Counted from the stretch's first letter, positions 10,287 to 24,624 are shown. The stretch is DNA of 64,000 bases from Chiloscyllium plagiosum (GCF_004010195.1 NC_057711.1:77722925-77786924); one strand, 5' to 3'. The notes: generated by a model not told the origin, from the letters alone. Program-made: numbers and translations.

Positions 10287-13056
10287 GTACTATGAATAGA
10301 TGTAATGCAGATTTCTTTCATCAGTGCATTATATTTAATTCCTAATCAAGTCTTGTTTTAATTGTCTTTTCCTCTGTATTGCCTGAATCATTGAGTTATG
10401 TTTGTAGAAGTTCTGAAATGTTTGAAATCATAACATCCATACTGTTCACTCCATCGATTTTTGATTAATTTTTGTATTTTCTTGTTTTAAGAATTCTGGC
10501 ATGTATATTGTCACTTTAAAAAATTGTTAAATGAGCAGTTTTTAATGAGCAAATTTAAATATTGTGCACTTCTGATTAACAGTGAATTTTCTTTTCCACT
10601 GCACTAAAGTAAAGTAGCAGGAGCAATTTTATGGAGGTGACTTGCATCTTGGCCACAGGCTGGAGACTTGACAAGACAGCGTTGTTACCTCTCTTCAGGA
10701 AGATCCACTAACTACATGTCTATCTGACAATTAACCAGCCATCAGAGTACTGACCTAAAAATCTTATCTGCCTTCAACCTGCCAGAGGGGTGCATAAAAT
10801 ATTACTCAATCTTTTGACTTTTCCTCACTAAGTGAATATCAATCAACAAACACTCTTTCAAAAATTCTCCCTTACTTTTGCCTATAGCATCTTATTTTTT
10901 TTGTGATCTTCATTTCCTGATATTGACCTGACTGAGATCAGTTCACTGTCATGCAAAGTAAGTCTTTACTTGAGGTTGTGTTCTTAAAAGTCATCATTTT
11001 ACATGGATTGTATTTAAACGAATTACACTTGCCCTTAAAACCAACTTAAAAGCTATAGTTAGATTTCTAGTGTCTTCCTCATCAGAGAGTTAAAAAAAAA
11101 TACCCTGCCAGTTGAAATATTTTACATTGGAATTCAGCAATTATGATAAATGAAATAAATTTTAAAATCACAATTATAAAAAAAGGTAACATCCTGCTTG
11201 TGTAGAAGTGGGAGAGACATATAATTTGTGAGGAGCTGTTCTTCAGTCAAATATTCTGCTTTTTAATGTTGCTCCTCGAATTCCACCAAAGACAAATACC
11301 TTCTCTGCCACCTATGGTGAAGGGAGGAAATGTGTGTTTGGATGAGAATGGTGGAGTTAATCTGGCTGATGTCAGGGCCACCAGGCAGCAGAGTTACAGG
11401 AGGTTGGAGTAGTGGCTTGGCCTGGCCTGGAGCAGGTGGAGCTGAACTCTAGTGTAGGACAGGCAGGGGACAGTTGATGGTGCTGCAGAATGCCCCGCTC
11501 ATTGATAACCAATTCATTAATTGGGTGGATGCCAAACCTTGTATATACTTTGTAACTTTATCCATCCCTGACTGTTTGTTTGATTTTATAATCACTCGTA
11601 ATGTTCAACATGCTGCAGGAACACATATTTGGGCAACTTTCTGTAGTTGGTCATGACCACGATTGAATTTTCACAGGTACTTTGCGGATGACATCACCTG
11701 CTGCCCTGTCTATTTTGCACACTGTCATGTGGGAGATTGATTTGCAATAAATAAACAGAAAAACATCTAGATTCCAAATTAAAATATATAATACATTTGT
11801 GCATACAATCGTGTTTATACTTGTGAAACCTCTGAAGAAAACCCTAAAAATTCATGAAACAGGTGATGATATTGCTGTTACTGTTATCTAAAAAGAGTAA
11901 ATGAGAATGGAAAAAGTCCTTTAAAACAATGTTACACCCAAAAGTAAAAATATAGTCCTCAAATCTCACGAGCCTTTAGGAAAATAATCTTTTGATCTCT
12001 TTACCATGGGCCTCAACTACTGAAGCTGCTTTTCTTGCATCTTGTCACTTGCTGTAAAAATTCAGGAAATGGAAGAAGTGTGCAGAAGCATGTTAAAAAA
12101 ACAAAATTACTTAATAGCCACGACCCAGCTCAGGATTGCGGTTTTATTGCTGATATAGAAAAGTGTGAATTGGAGAATTGAAGAGTAGAAGAATCATTTA
12201 AGAATTTTGGTTAGTGAATGGTCAATATAACAATTTGAGGCTAGGGAGAGGGCAAGGCCACTTTAAAATAATGCTGATCGGGCCATGTGACCCTAAATGT
12301 GACTGGGGCATTGGTTTTAAAACCAATCTCATGTCGCTAAACCAAAATGTAAGCCTCATTGGTAAGTTAATGTTTAAACAAAGTGTTAAATGGGGACTTG
12401 TTGTGCAAAGGATTCAGTCTGCTGTATTTCTGGTTTGTGTGGATCATTACCACAACCTACGTGTATCATTTAGTTGTTGGGAAATTGGAAAATTTCTAAG
12501 TATGCTTGTGAAAGCGTAAAAGGTTTTGTGCTTCTCTGCTGCAATGCCTTGGTAGTTTATGAACCAAATCTCATTGTAATAGGAAAGCAGTCTCATAAAC
12601 GAGTGTATATTTTGATATCTAGCTCTGGAACATGAGCCATCTGAAGGGAAGCTTAATGTTGAGAGGAAAATATTGACCAGTTATGTATAGAATGTATTAA
12701 GTGCTGGATTATCTTTTTAAGTTGTACTTAAATTTTGTAGTGTATTCTAACAAATTTGTAAATCTCAAGGTATTTTAGTTGCAAGCTGTGATAACCATTG
12801 ACTGGAACTATGTTAACTTAAGTAATTTTTGACAAAAATGAAATCCAATGTGCATGTATGCATTATTGCATAAAACATTGCTTGCCGCACATTAGAACTT
12901 AGTAAATGTTTTAGTAGCTTTCTGATGGTGATTGATGGATTTCCTTTGTGCCAGCATGTACACAGAAAATTCAAATTTTTAAAAAAATTATGCTGAGAGG
13001 AAAAATATGAAATGTGATCATGTGGTAACTATTATTAAAATTGTTACCTTTTACAG

Positions 13057-13166
13057 AAAATCCCAAAGAAGGGAAGCAAGATACCTTCATTGAAAAGTTA
13101 ATTACGCAAGTTATTAAGAATTTACAGGTTAAAATTACCAATGTCCATATCCGCTATGAAGATGAT
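13057..13166 (+). CDS. VPS13A: VPS13A exon (exon 6 equivalent), 110 nt
   Basis: acag|..NPKEGKQDTFIEKLITQVIKNLQVKITNVHIRYEDD|gtgagt; Chorein_N signature. Confidence 0.97.
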
Positions 13167-13989
13167 GTGAGTATTTAGCTTGTTTTATTTAAATACTATG
13201 CTTTTATGACTTTTTTTATACTGTTAAAAATCTGTGTATTTGAGATACTTGCACAAAAGAACTTTTATCTCGTGAAGATCACAATGTCTTTTCAGTAATA
13301 CAAACGTTGTGAATTAATTTAGTTACAGTCATGGACAACCAGCAGAGTCCTCCAATTTTCCTTGTCTTCTCTTTCTTCAAGACGTAAATTTTACTGAGAT
13401 CAAAACCTCTAGAGCAGACTTAAACCTGCATGTATTGCACTGCAGGACCTGTGCAACTGAGCTCACTGACTGTTTTCTGATGGGCAAAAGTTTCGGTGAC
13501 TGAGTAGTCTCAGTTCTGAACCTGAAATGAATTGTGTTTTTTTTTGATGAAAGGTGTTTTTCTTTGTGCTATTATAATAACTAGATATTTCTGTTGATAA
13601 AATATTGTGGAGGAAGCATGGAAGTCCCTAAATGGGTGAATATGTGTTAAAACGAAAGCTGACACAAAAGTAATGTAAAGTTTCCTTATCAAGCTTTTAA
13701 CAGTCTAAATTTGTTATTCTTGAATGAGATTTTCAAAACTTCTGAAGAAATGCCATATTAGGAAGCTACATCTTCATGTGCACATATTGCTATCTCAGAG
13801 GGTTATGAGCACAGGGGAGGGAAAAATCGGGACAACACCTTGAATCAGAGTTCTAAAGTGGAGTAATATTGGGCTTGAAGTGTTGGCTGTTTCTTTCTCT
13901 GCAACACTTTTTGTTTTAGATATCCAGCATCTGCAATATTTTGCTTTTATTATGAGAACACAGCTATGCATCAGTTCTCAATCTTAGGA

Positions 13990-14900
13990 CAATAAGTTTG
14001 CCGGTGACATCAAAATTGGAGGTGTAGTTGATAGCAAAGAAGGTTACCGCAGATTACAAGGGGATCTTGATCAGATGGGCCAATAGACTGAGAAATGGCA
14101 GATGGAGTTTAATTTAGATAAATGTGAGGTGCTGCATTTTGGGAAAGCAAACCTTAGCAGGACTTGTACACTTAATGTTATTGTCCTAGGGAGTGTTGCT
14201 GAACAAAGACATCTTGGAGTGCAGGTTCATAGCTCCTTGAATGTGGAGTCTCAGGTAGCTAGGGTAGTAAGGAAGGTGTTTGGTATGCTTTCCTTTATTG
14301 GTCAGAGTATTGAGTACAGGAGTTGGGAGGTCATGTTGCGCTGTACAGGACATTGATTAGGCCACTGTTGGACTATTGCGTGCAGTTCTGGTTTCCTTCC
14401 TATCGAAAAGATGTTGTGAAACTTGAAAGGGTTCAGAAAAGATTTAACAGGATGTTGCCAGGGTTGGAGGATTTGAGCTATAGGGAGAGGCTGAACAGGC
14501 TGGGGCTGTTTTCCCTGGACCGTCGGAGGCTGAGAGGTGATCTTATAGAGGTTTATAAAATTATGAGGGGCGTGCATAGGGTAAATAGACAAAGTCTTTT
14601 TCCCTCGGGTGGGGGAGTCCAGAACTAGAGGGCAAGGTTTAGGGTGAGAGGGGAAAGATATAAAAGAGACCTAAGGGGCAACTTTTTCACTCAGAGGGTG
14701 GTATGTGTATGGAATGAGCTGCCAGAGGAAGTGGTAGAGACTAGTACAAATGCAACATTTAAAAGGCATTTGGATGGGTATATGAATAGGACGGGTTTGG
14801 AGGGATATGGGCCGGGCGCTGGCAGGTGTGGACTATATTGGGTTGGGATATCTGGTCAGCATGGACGAGCTGGACCGTGCTGTAAGTCTCTATGACTCTT
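13990..14900 (+). mobile_element. CR1 LINE, 5'-truncated, young family
   Basis: KFAGDIKIGG..MEFNLDKCEVLHFGK..YCVQFW..LRGDLIEVYKIMRG..NFFTQRVV; tail ctctatgact. Confidence 0.95.
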
Positions 14901-15910
14901 AAATTATCTGGATATCTTTATTTGGATGTAACATTAACATGACATTTCAGGAAGGTGCACACAACTTATCACATCACGCTAATGTCCTGAATGTGAAAGA
15001 AGAATCCTATCCTACCAGATCTGTGATCATCAATGAAGTAGTGACACTTGCTGTTAAACTCATTGACAGCTTCCCAAAACTATTTTTCCAGATGTTTGTT
15101 CAAATACTTGCTCTAATTCAGCATGGCTCCTTGTGCAGTGCATCTGAGATTCTGAGATCAAGGTATGCAACAGTGAGGCTATTCAAGCAATCAGATTGTG
15201 GCGTTTGAGAATTCTTTGGAGTCTGAGCCAAGAAGTGTGAAGCTGGTTTAAATCCTATACAGCATAGTTTGGAAGGAGAAAGAAATGGGTTTGAGAGAAA
15301 CAGGAGTCACATGAATAGTGTTAAAAATTATAAAGAAAACCGTTAACTTGTGGAGGAATGAAATTCCATACTTCATAAAATAATGTAATTTTTAGAGCTA
15401 GAGAGCTGATAGATGTTCACCTATTCCTGGTTGCATCAGTCGTCATGTTTTCTTTTGGGCAAGTACTCCAAATTCACACCACTGTGTTGATATCAAGTCT
15501 AGTGGAAGGGGATATCTCAAGAGCTCAACAACCAGCTTTGTTTAATTTCACTCGCATATGGTGTAGATTGCTCTCCAAATTACTTGAGCTTCTTTATTGC
15601 AATTTCCAGGCCAGGAATTACTCATGGGCTATAATTTTTATAGGTCTGAGTCTTGATGTGTGATTTAAATCTGTTGTTATAGTTACTCAGTTTTAGTTTC
15701 TCACCATGGGCTGAATTTTCCCACTCAAAATTAAAGGCAAGCTCATAGGTTCCCTAACTGATGGTGAATGAGAAATTGAGATTTCAGTTAGTGGCAACAC
15801 TCCTTTCTGTGTGAACAGTCTTGGCAGGAAGGGGCTGCCTTGAGATTTCTCCTCCTACCTGTTCCTATTTCTGCCTCTTAGCTGGTCACTGGTGCAAGGC
15901 TGTTTTAATT

Positions 15911-16170
15911 ATTAGATTAGATTAGATTAGATTAGATTAGATTAGATTACTTTACAGTGTGGAAACAGGCCCTTCAGCCCAACAAGTCCACACCAACCCG
16001 CCGAAGCGCAAACCACCCATACCCCTACATTTTCCCCTTACCTAACACTACGGACAATTTAGCATGGCCAATTCACCTGACCTGCACATCTTTGGAATGT
16101 GGGAGGAAACCGGAGCACCCGGAGGAAACCCACGCAGACACGGGGAGAATGTGCAAATTCCACACAGTCT
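15911..16170 (-). mobile_element. HE1/V-SINE-type SINE with (ATTAG)n tail
   Basis: About seven ATTAG units at 15911-15947 followed by the V-domain ggaggaaaccggagcacccggaggaaacccacgcagac. Confidence 0.9.
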
Positions 16171-16399
16171 GAGGCGCTGTGAGGCTGCGGTGCACCGCAG
16201 CAGATCACCGCAGACCTCAATGTCTGCTCAGTCGAGCATTGTGTTCCATTGAAATGGGTGTTCCAGAAATGGGCTGCAGACTGGAGTCACTAGATATTTG
16301 GCCAACAGCCTCTCTTTTACAGTAGTTGATTTTTTGTAATCATTTGTACTAAGTTCAGTTTACAAACAGTACAGACTGGTCATAGTAAGCGAGGACATA

Positions 16400-16820
16400 T
16401 GGATCATAGGGTGCTTCGAGTGAGGCATACAGGTTAAACTGCACAGGAGATGCGTGAAGCAAGATCAATATTATTTGAAGTTAGAAAGTCCATTCACCAA
16501 TTTAAAAATGGCAGGGAAGAAGCTCTTCTTGAACCAATTGGTGCATGTGATCAAGTTTCTGTATCTTTTGCCTGACAGAAGAGGTTGTAGCAGAGCATTA
16601 CCTGGGTGGGCGTGGTCTTTAGTGTTGGTGGCGTTTCTGTGGCAACGAGAAGTGTAAATGAAGCCCATGGTGTGGGGAGGTTGGGGGTGAGATGGTTGGC
16701 TTTCACAATGGTCTGGGTTGTGCACATAACTTTCTGTAGTTTCTTAACGGTCCCGGGCAGAGCAGTTGCTGTACCATTATGCACCTGTGTAGAATGCTTT
16801 CTATGGTGCATCTGTTGAAG
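16400..16820 (-). mobile_element. Rex1/Babar-like LINE 3' fragment
   Basis: RCTIESILH.., KKLQKV.., HAHPGNALLQPLLSGKRYRNL..KSFFPAIFKLVN on the minus strand. Confidence 0.7.
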
Positions 16821-17189
16821 GTGCTATCATCCTTTTGGCTCCAATGGTGACTTAAATACATCTGTATCAGCAGACTTGCATGACACTTCATTGTGATAGT
16901 GTGCTGGAAATCAAGCCCTGCTATTTATTCCTAGAGTTGTCAAAACGTTGGAGAAAAATTATCAAAATATTCAAAGTCCTTGTAGTATTCAAACTTGTCT
17001 GATAGATGCGTAATAACAGAGACAACAGACCAGCTTTTTGAACTTAACAAGAGTCACTATTTCTTCTAAATAAATAGATTCTAACCACAAGTGATCAACT
17101 ATGAGCTTTTGACATGAGTCCAAACCCCCACCAACCACCTCATAAAGTTGTTATGTTATCTGAATGGAGATTGGGACAGGAAACGTGCA

Positions 17190-17810
17190 AGAGACTTTGG
17201 TGTCCTTCCTGTACACATTGCTGAAAGTAGGCATGCAAATACAGCAGGCAACGAAAAAAGCAAATGGTGTGTTGGCTTTCATAGCAAGAGAATTGGAGTA
17301 CAGGAGCAGAGATGTTTTGCTACAGTTACATGTGTCCTTGGTGAGACGGCACCTAGAATATTGTGGCCTTCTGGTCTCCTTATCTGAGGAAGAATTCTCT
17401 GGCTAAGGAGGGAAAGCAACAAACTGCTGACTTATGAAGAGTGAATGGATTAGTTAGAACAAAGAACAATACAGCACAGGAACAGGCTCTTTGAGATTCC
17501 ATGCATATTGCCTTTCCATACTAAAACTGTCTTCACTTATAGGATCTGTATCCCTTTATTCCCTTCCTATTCATATTTTCACTGGTGTTTAGAAGAATGA
17601 GGTTGCATCTCAGGTCCTTAAAATTCTAACAGAACTAGATAGGTTAAATGTAGGAAAGGTGAAGCTGTATGACCAGTGAATCCAGAACCAGTGGTCCCAG
17701 TCCAAGGATATGAGGTAGGCCATTCAGGACAGAGATGAGGTGAAGTTTATTCACTGAGTGGTGAGCCTATGGAATTCTATCACAGGAAACTTAGTCAAAA
17801 TTTTGAAGAT
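17190..17810 (+). mobile_element. Degenerate CR1 fragments
   Basis: QIQQATKKANGVLAFIARELEYRSRDVLLQL..LVRRHLEYC, then a degenerate C-terminal region. Confidence 0.8.
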
Positions 17811-17914
17811 TTTCAAAATAAGATGCTGCCTGAACTGCTGTGCTTTTTCAGCACCACTCTAATCTAGACTCTGGTTTCCAGCATCTGCAGTCATTGCCTT
17901 TACCTGTTTGGACA

Positions 17915-18200
17915 TTGGCCCAGCAAGTCCACACTGAACCTCAGAAGAGTGACCCACACTGACTCATTCTCCTACCCTATTATCTATATTTACCCCTAAC
18001 CAATGCACCTAACCTACACATCTCTGAACACTATGGACAATTTAGCATAGCCAATTCACCTAACCTGCACATCTTTGGATTGTTGGAGGAAACTGGAGGA
18101 AATCCACGCAGACACAGGGAGAATGTGCAATTCTGCCTGAGGCTGGAATCAAACCCGAGTCCCTGGTGCTGTGAAGCAACAGTGCTAACTGCTGAGCCGC
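17915..18200 (-). mobile_element. HE1/V-SINE-type SINE
   Basis: caatttagcatagccaattcacctaacctgcacatc...ccctggtgctgtgaagcaacagtgctaac. Confidence 0.85.
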
Positions 18201-19205
18201 AGTCCTGCTGGTGCTGTCTTTCTATCAAAGACTGACACTCTTACCTTTAAATTCTGGAATTGAGTCCCTTTTTCCACATTTGATTTAGGTTGTTGGAGTG
18301 GGACCAAAACTCAGCAGTTGATAAATGCTGCTTGATAGCACTGTCAATGATGTTTTGCATTCAATATAAAAACTTTGAATATTGATCATTGGCTGATGGA
18401 ACAGAAATGGTTGGATTCAGTTTTTTTAATTCTGTAAGTCATTACTGCATTTGAAATGGAATGTATGCTACATGCATCTTAAGAGAAACTGGTTTTGTGC
18501 AGGAACTTTGAATTTAGCAATGAGAATTTCAACATCAACCACAATGCTCCTGTAGCCTTTTGCAATTTTAAATAATTATTATATGTTTTAAATTGTGGAA
18601 TTGTAGCAAAAGCTAAAGAAATCAATTTGCAGCTTAAAGGTAGGTTTTAAATTACCACTTCAAATAATAATGATAATAATAAGGGTTCTATTCTGCTGCG
18701 AATGGACATTCAAATGTGAGGTGAAGGGTGTTGGAGGATTGAGCTCAAAGTTGGCATTACTGGCATCAAATTAGTTGATGCAGTTTTCTTGCTCTGCACA
18801 CTACCAGAGTGTCACTGAGTAATTAAGATGCTTTCCCTGATATGACGTCCATACAGTTTTGAAATTATTTTTTAAGGTCAACCATGAATAGATCAGCTGT
18901 GATTTTATAGAGTGTTAACACTGGCTTGAGGGCCTGAATGGGCCACTCCTGCTTCTGTTTCTCATGTTCAATGATTGCATCTGTTTTGGGCACTGTAGTC
19001 TTGCCTGCTATCTTTTCCAAATCTGATTTTTCTTCTCTCTAATTTCAAACAAGACAATGACACAAATATTTTAAGTAATGTAGTTAACTTCAATGTAAAG
19101 AGAACTGCTGTTAATTGAAATTTAAGTGATAACTATTATAACTTAGTTTTGTGTAGTGCTTTTTCTAGTTGGAAGTTAATTTCATAATTCTATTCTTATT
19201 TGCAG

Positions 19206-19265
19206 ATCACTAATCCAAACTCTCCATTGTCATTTGGAATTTCACTTCAGAACTTGAGTCTTGAG
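19206..19265 (+). CDS. VPS13A: VPS13A exon (exon 7 equivalent), 60 nt
   Basis: gcag|ITNPNSPLSFGISLQNLSLE|gtaat. Confidence 0.95.
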
Positions 19266-19309
19266 GTAATGTACATTTTTTATCTTTAAATTCATTGATT
19301 AGTCAGATC

Positions 19310-19850
19310 TTTATTGTGATACTTATGCCTATTGAATCAAAAGACTTTGGATTCAGGGTCTACTACAAGACTTAAGCTTTGAATCTTGCCTAAAGCTTCA
19401 ATCTAGCACTGCAGGAATTCTCACTGTTAGGTAACTTTCAGAGATGGTGATAAATTGAGGTCACCGGATTTGAAACATTTAACTGTTTGCTTTTCTTTCT
19501 GTAGATGCTACCAGATGTGCTGAGTTTCTCCAGAACTTTGTTTTTTTTTACAGATTTCCAGTATCCACAGTTCTTTGTTTTTATAATATTAAATTGCAGC
19601 CCTGTCTACTGTCTCATTAGGGAAGATTCCATGAACTGGAAAGACTTTAGAGTGTCCTGGCTAAACTTTTATCCCTTTATCAATCCTCATAAAATTAGAA
19701 AATTCATTAATGTATTTCATTACTGTCAAGGGACCTTAATGTGAGCAAGTTTGCTGCCATATTTTCTTTCTTTTACAAGTAATTACATTTCAAAAAACAC
19801 TGAATTGGCTCTGATGTTATTGGGATGCCCTTAGGCTGTGCTATATGAGT
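19310..19850 (+). mobile_element. Ancient SINE remnant, probably DeuSINE/SacSINE1-like, interrupted by a PLE-tail fragment
   Basis: gagtgtcctggctaaac..ttatccct, cattactgtc..gggacctt..gtgagcaagtttgctgcc and ttcaaaaaacactgaattggct resemble Deu-domain SINE bodies as I recall them. Confidence 0.45.
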
Positions 19851-20832
19851 CCACTCTGTCATTCTTGACCATTTCTCCCCACCTTAAATCATTGAAGTAG
19901 TATTTAATTAATAGTTGACCAAACTGTCCTTGTTCATGAAGTTTATTGGTGTTTTATTTCAACTGTAACTAGTTAGGACTCCTTTATGAGAGCTATTATA
20001 TTAATGGTACTCTCTGTCTCAAGTTGCCTTTTAACGACTTCACTCTCTCTTACTCAATCTTTTGGCGTGATCAATCCAGCTACTATAAAGTAAGTACAGC
20101 TTTATGCAATTAACTAGACCTCTCTCTTTTTAACCCCAACCATTATGAATGATTTCTTTCTTATCTCTTGCTCCTTGTTCTTCTGTTCTTCGTGACTGTT
20201 TTCTTCTTTTTCCGAAAACCGAAATTTGAAACTAGGCAATAGCTTCTGACACTTATATAAGAAAAAAGGATGTGGACATCACTGGCTAGACCAGAATTTG
20301 CTACTCATCCATAATTCACCCTGAACATAGTGGTGAATGACCTTTTTGAATTCTGCCCTCCACAGTACAATTAAGAATGGAATTACAGAATTTTAGACAT
20401 TTCATAACGAAGGAACAGTACTCTTGTTTCAAGTCAAAAAGATATGTATCTGTAAAGAAATTGCAGGTGTTTCCCATGCACCTACTGTCCTTGTCCTTCC
20501 AGGTCAGTAGTCTCCAACATTTAAACGTGAGAGGACTTCATTGAATTTAAGTGTAACCCAAATTTTAACGCCAAGAAAATATAAATAGTCTATTTTTGAT
20601 GCCATAAAAACCTACTCACCAAATCTGTGATATTTTCTGTAGTGACTTGATACTTTGAGTTGAGATGAATAGTTGTATACAAACCATCAAATGGCTATCT
20701 GAGGTATGTGGAGCTAATGTAAGCAACGTAGGATGTCACAAGTGGGTACGTTTCTGTGTTTGATTCCTCCACATCACTGACCCTCAATCTGACTTTCAGT
20801 TCAATATCATTTTGTATAGTAATTATCTATAT

Positions 20833-21360
20833 TGTTATGGATCAGATAGACCCCTCCTCAAAATATATTAAGAAGGTAGGTTAGACCCTAATGTTTTCTT
20901 ATTTTAAAGTTAAAGGTGAGGTCCTATATTCCGGATGCAATTTGATTCATGTTAAACAAAACACAATTTATTCAAGCACTGTGGTTAAAATGCCAGAAAA
21001 AAGGAAATTGGAATAATTTAACTGTATTGGCAAACTTAAAAAAATAATAGGTTATTTTGCTACTAAACAGTAATTGTTCAAGTATAGCAACTTGCCATAA
21101 GCACACCCTTGGCAAAAGGTAAATTCAGAGACCGATTGTCTCATATGTAGTCCAGGAGGAAAGAACGTGTGTGTGTGTGTGTGCGCTCCTGAGGGCTTGA
21201 CCATACTCATTCAGGCTGCTTCTATTGTTCCAACATTATCAAAACAAAACCAAGGCCTCACAAGTGATCTAGCTTCTCATAGACTGCTCATCATCTGTCC
21301 TCCAAGTTCTCTAAAAGAAACCAGGACAAACACACCTCTTACAGCCACAGCATAGTCACA
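20833..21360. mobile_element. Solo LTR with 4-bp target-site duplication ATAT
   Basis: atat|TGTTATGG...CATAGTCACA|atat; TG..CA termini; 528 bp. Confidence 0.75.
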
Positions 21361-23689
21361 ATATCATCTCCATTGTTTTGCTCTCAATGGAATTTGGTAA
21401 TCAATCCACCAATGTCTGTTTGAAGGTAGAAGCTTTTTTTTTGTTTCTTTCTCCCCCCCACCGGTGTTCCCTCCATACTAAATGTTGTAGTGTTTTTTTT
21501 CATGGGAAGGACCACAGACCCAGTTTCAAAGGGAATGCATTCACAGCAGTGATCATATTATCTGCCCTTTCTTTGCCATTGCCAGTTAAGCTAATTCAGT
21601 TTTGTCTGTAAAGAATTTGAAGTTGAGCAACCATGCATTGTCTGACTGCTCACTACACACTTATTCCTCGATTTAAAGAAAGTAACAATTTCTCTTGACC
21701 TAACCACTTCATGTCAGCATCAATGTTTAGTGCACTATTGGTAGCATAGATGTGATGAAGTGAGGGTATAAACAAGCACTGCTGAAGGGTTGATACTCAG
21801 TTTACAGTCTTAATATTCTTATAAATGAATCCCACACTCCCACCTTATTGGTGGTTTACACCATACCAATTGACGAAGGAATAAATTATGCAGAACACAA
21901 CAAAGCCTGCATTTAAACCAAACTTCAGTTGTGATATAAACCAGTTTCTTAATGGATATGTGGTTCTTAAGCACATAGCTTTTGGATTTGTTGTAAGTAT
22001 TCTCAGCCCTTGCTTTTTCTTAAGCAGCATTAGGGTGAAAAGATCTTTAGTTGTTATGACCTCTTTTAAAAAAAAGAAATTGCTGACAAGAACAATCAAC
22101 TGGCACTCAGTCTTTAAATCCTGCTGTTGTTGCTGAAAGATGTTATCATCCAGAGATCCCACTCATCTTGCTATTGTGGAAACACCAAATGGCATGCTCT
22201 GGATTATTGTTATTATTTATTCTTTGTTCTTAAACTTTGAATAAAGAGTCAGCTGCCACAGTCATTGTTGCTTTAATTACTTTGCATATGTGAATAACTT
22301 ATTGAGTTTTACCAGAAGGTAGCAAATATGAAATAATGTTTCAGTGCAGGCCTTACCATTTTGCTGCTGGTTTTGAGATAAAAAACTGTCCAGCTTGGAA
22401 ATTGACTTTCAACTTGTTAGCTCTTGGTCCAAAACGTACTGTTCTAAGGAAAACTGACCTTGAATTTACTGTGCTATGTTGTATTGTTCCAAATTGCCCT
22501 TTTAACTTCTCAATATACTTTGACCTGGAAAGCAAATGCTGTTTTACAGTTGTGAGCAAATTCATTTTCCTAATCTGCATGGAAGTTGTATGTTTTCAGT
22601 TTCTTTTGAAATAATCCAGGCTCATCTCGCATAATTTACTATTCAGAATTGTATTTCTGTTTTATTTTCTTAAAACAAAAACCAATTTAGTACTAACTGC
22701 TAGCCTCCAATGGAGAACATATATTGGGTTAAAGGTGTATGCTACAAATGATAAACAACTGAATGTACAGGCTTTTTTAAAAAACTAGTATTTAAAAATG
22801 GTTCACCATCATGGTTGTTTGCAAGTACGAAGACTGAGTCTTAAAATTGACCTTAAAAGCTGCTCTGCCTTGCTTTGCACTTCATTTTTGTGGTTCATGA
22901 CAGTACTCTGCCACTGATCATGTAGCAGGTAGGCCCCTGGATTTAAACTTCTGGACCATCCAGAATGTCGTTGACTGTTTGAGTGAATGTGAAGGCATGG
23001 GATGTCAATTCTGTGTTATTTATTTCCAAAGCCTGGGTGTGTTTCTGTCACCCACGAATTGGATGTGGTCATGGCAGTGTTACCTGTAATTTTTCTTCAT
23101 CCTGAATGAACCTCTGAGCTCTGTGCCTGACAGAGGTGTCTGGAAGCAGAAACATTAAAGTGGCACAATGATTAATTTGCACACACAGTTTGGAGGAACC
23201 ATGGGTGGTGTATGAAGGACAGTGCTCCACTGTTAGATTCTTTGCAATTGACTGGTTAATCACAATGTACGGGTTGGAGATCATGGTTCTAGTTTATGAA
23301 TATAGAATGAATGATCTCTAAGCAGCTGCTTAAACTCAGCAAATAATCAATTGCTTATAGATTGTTGATTACCAACTTAAGGTAACTAATCATGATCCCA
23401 TGATTTCCCCCCACCCCCTCCAAAAAAAAACACTTAAAGGGTAACTTTCAAGAGAACATATCATAAATTTTTCCACAGGCATGTATGGTGGAAATTAAAT
23501 TTAAAAAAAGAGTAAAATTATTATTGGATGGTATAATCACCTAATTTTTAAAAAAAAAGACACTGAAGTTTTCAAATCAATAGGTTATAGCAAGTTTACC
23601 AAAAAACATCATCAAGTTATAGGGAATCACTTGCTTAAGATACTGCTTTCTTCTGGGGTACTGAAGTAAGCTAGAAAGTACACTGTTAA

Positions 23690-23768
23690 GGCCAAGTTAA
23701 AAATCTCACAACACAGGTTTATTTGGAAGCAGTAGCTTTCTGAGTGCAGCTCCTTCATCAGGTGGTTA
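23690..23768 (-). repeat. PLE-type tail module with degenerate hammerhead
   Basis: Reverse complement cacctgatgaaggagctgcactcagaaagctactgcttccaaataaacctgtg..; same family as 24661 and 52535. Confidence 0.75.
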
Positions 23769-23769
23769 A

Positions 23770-24590
23770 CATAGAAAATAGAACTTTACAACGCAGTACA
23801 GGTCCTTCGGCCCTTGATGTTGCACTGACCTGCGAAATTAATGTGTTGCCCATCTAACCTACACCATTCCATTATTATCCATATGTATGTTCAATGCCTG
23901 TTTAATCTCATGGCATCAGTGAGTCTACTATTGTTGCAGGCAGGCCGTTCCACACCCCTACTACTCTCTGAGTAAAGAAACTACCCTTGATATCTGTCCT
24001 AAATCTATCACCCCTCAATTTAAAGCTATGTCCCCTCATGTTAGCCTTCACCATCCAGGGAAAAGGATTCTCACTGTCAACCCTATCTAACCCTCTGTTG
24101 ATCTTATATGTCTCAATTAAGTCACCTTTCAACCTCCTTCTCTCCACCAAAAACAGCCTCAGTTCCCTCGGCCTTTCCTCGTAAGACCTTCCTTCCATAC
24201 TAGGCAACATCCTAAATCTCCTCTGAACCTTTTCCAAAGCTTCCACATCCTTCCTATAATGCAATGACCAGAACTGCACAAAATACTCCAGGTGCAGCCT
24301 TACCAGTGTCTTGTACATTTGAAACATGACCTCGTGGCTCCAACAGTCAACCCTCCTACTAATTAACACGAACACACCATATGCCTTCTTAACAACCCTC
24401 TCAACCTGGGTGGCAACTTTCAGGGCTTTATGTACCTGGACACCGAGATCTCTCTGTTCTACACTGCCAAGAATTTTACCATTAGCCCAGTACTCTGCAT
24501 TCCTGTTACTTCTTCCGAAGTGAACTACCCCCACTTTTCCGCATTAAACTCTATTTGCCACTTCTCAGCCCAGCTCTGCATCTTATCTAT
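23770..24590 (-). mobile_element. CR1 LINE, 5'-truncated
   Basis: 208-aa ORF VVHFGRSN..LHLEYFVQFWS..LKGDLIETYKI..FFTQRVVGVWNGLP. Confidence 0.95.
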
Positions 24591-24624
24591 GTTGAAATTG
24601 AATTATCTATGAATTTATATTGCT

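Noticed and set aside
15911..15947. (ATTAG)n short repeat array
   Set aside because: It is a SINE tail microsatellite, not CRISPR or telomeric repeat.
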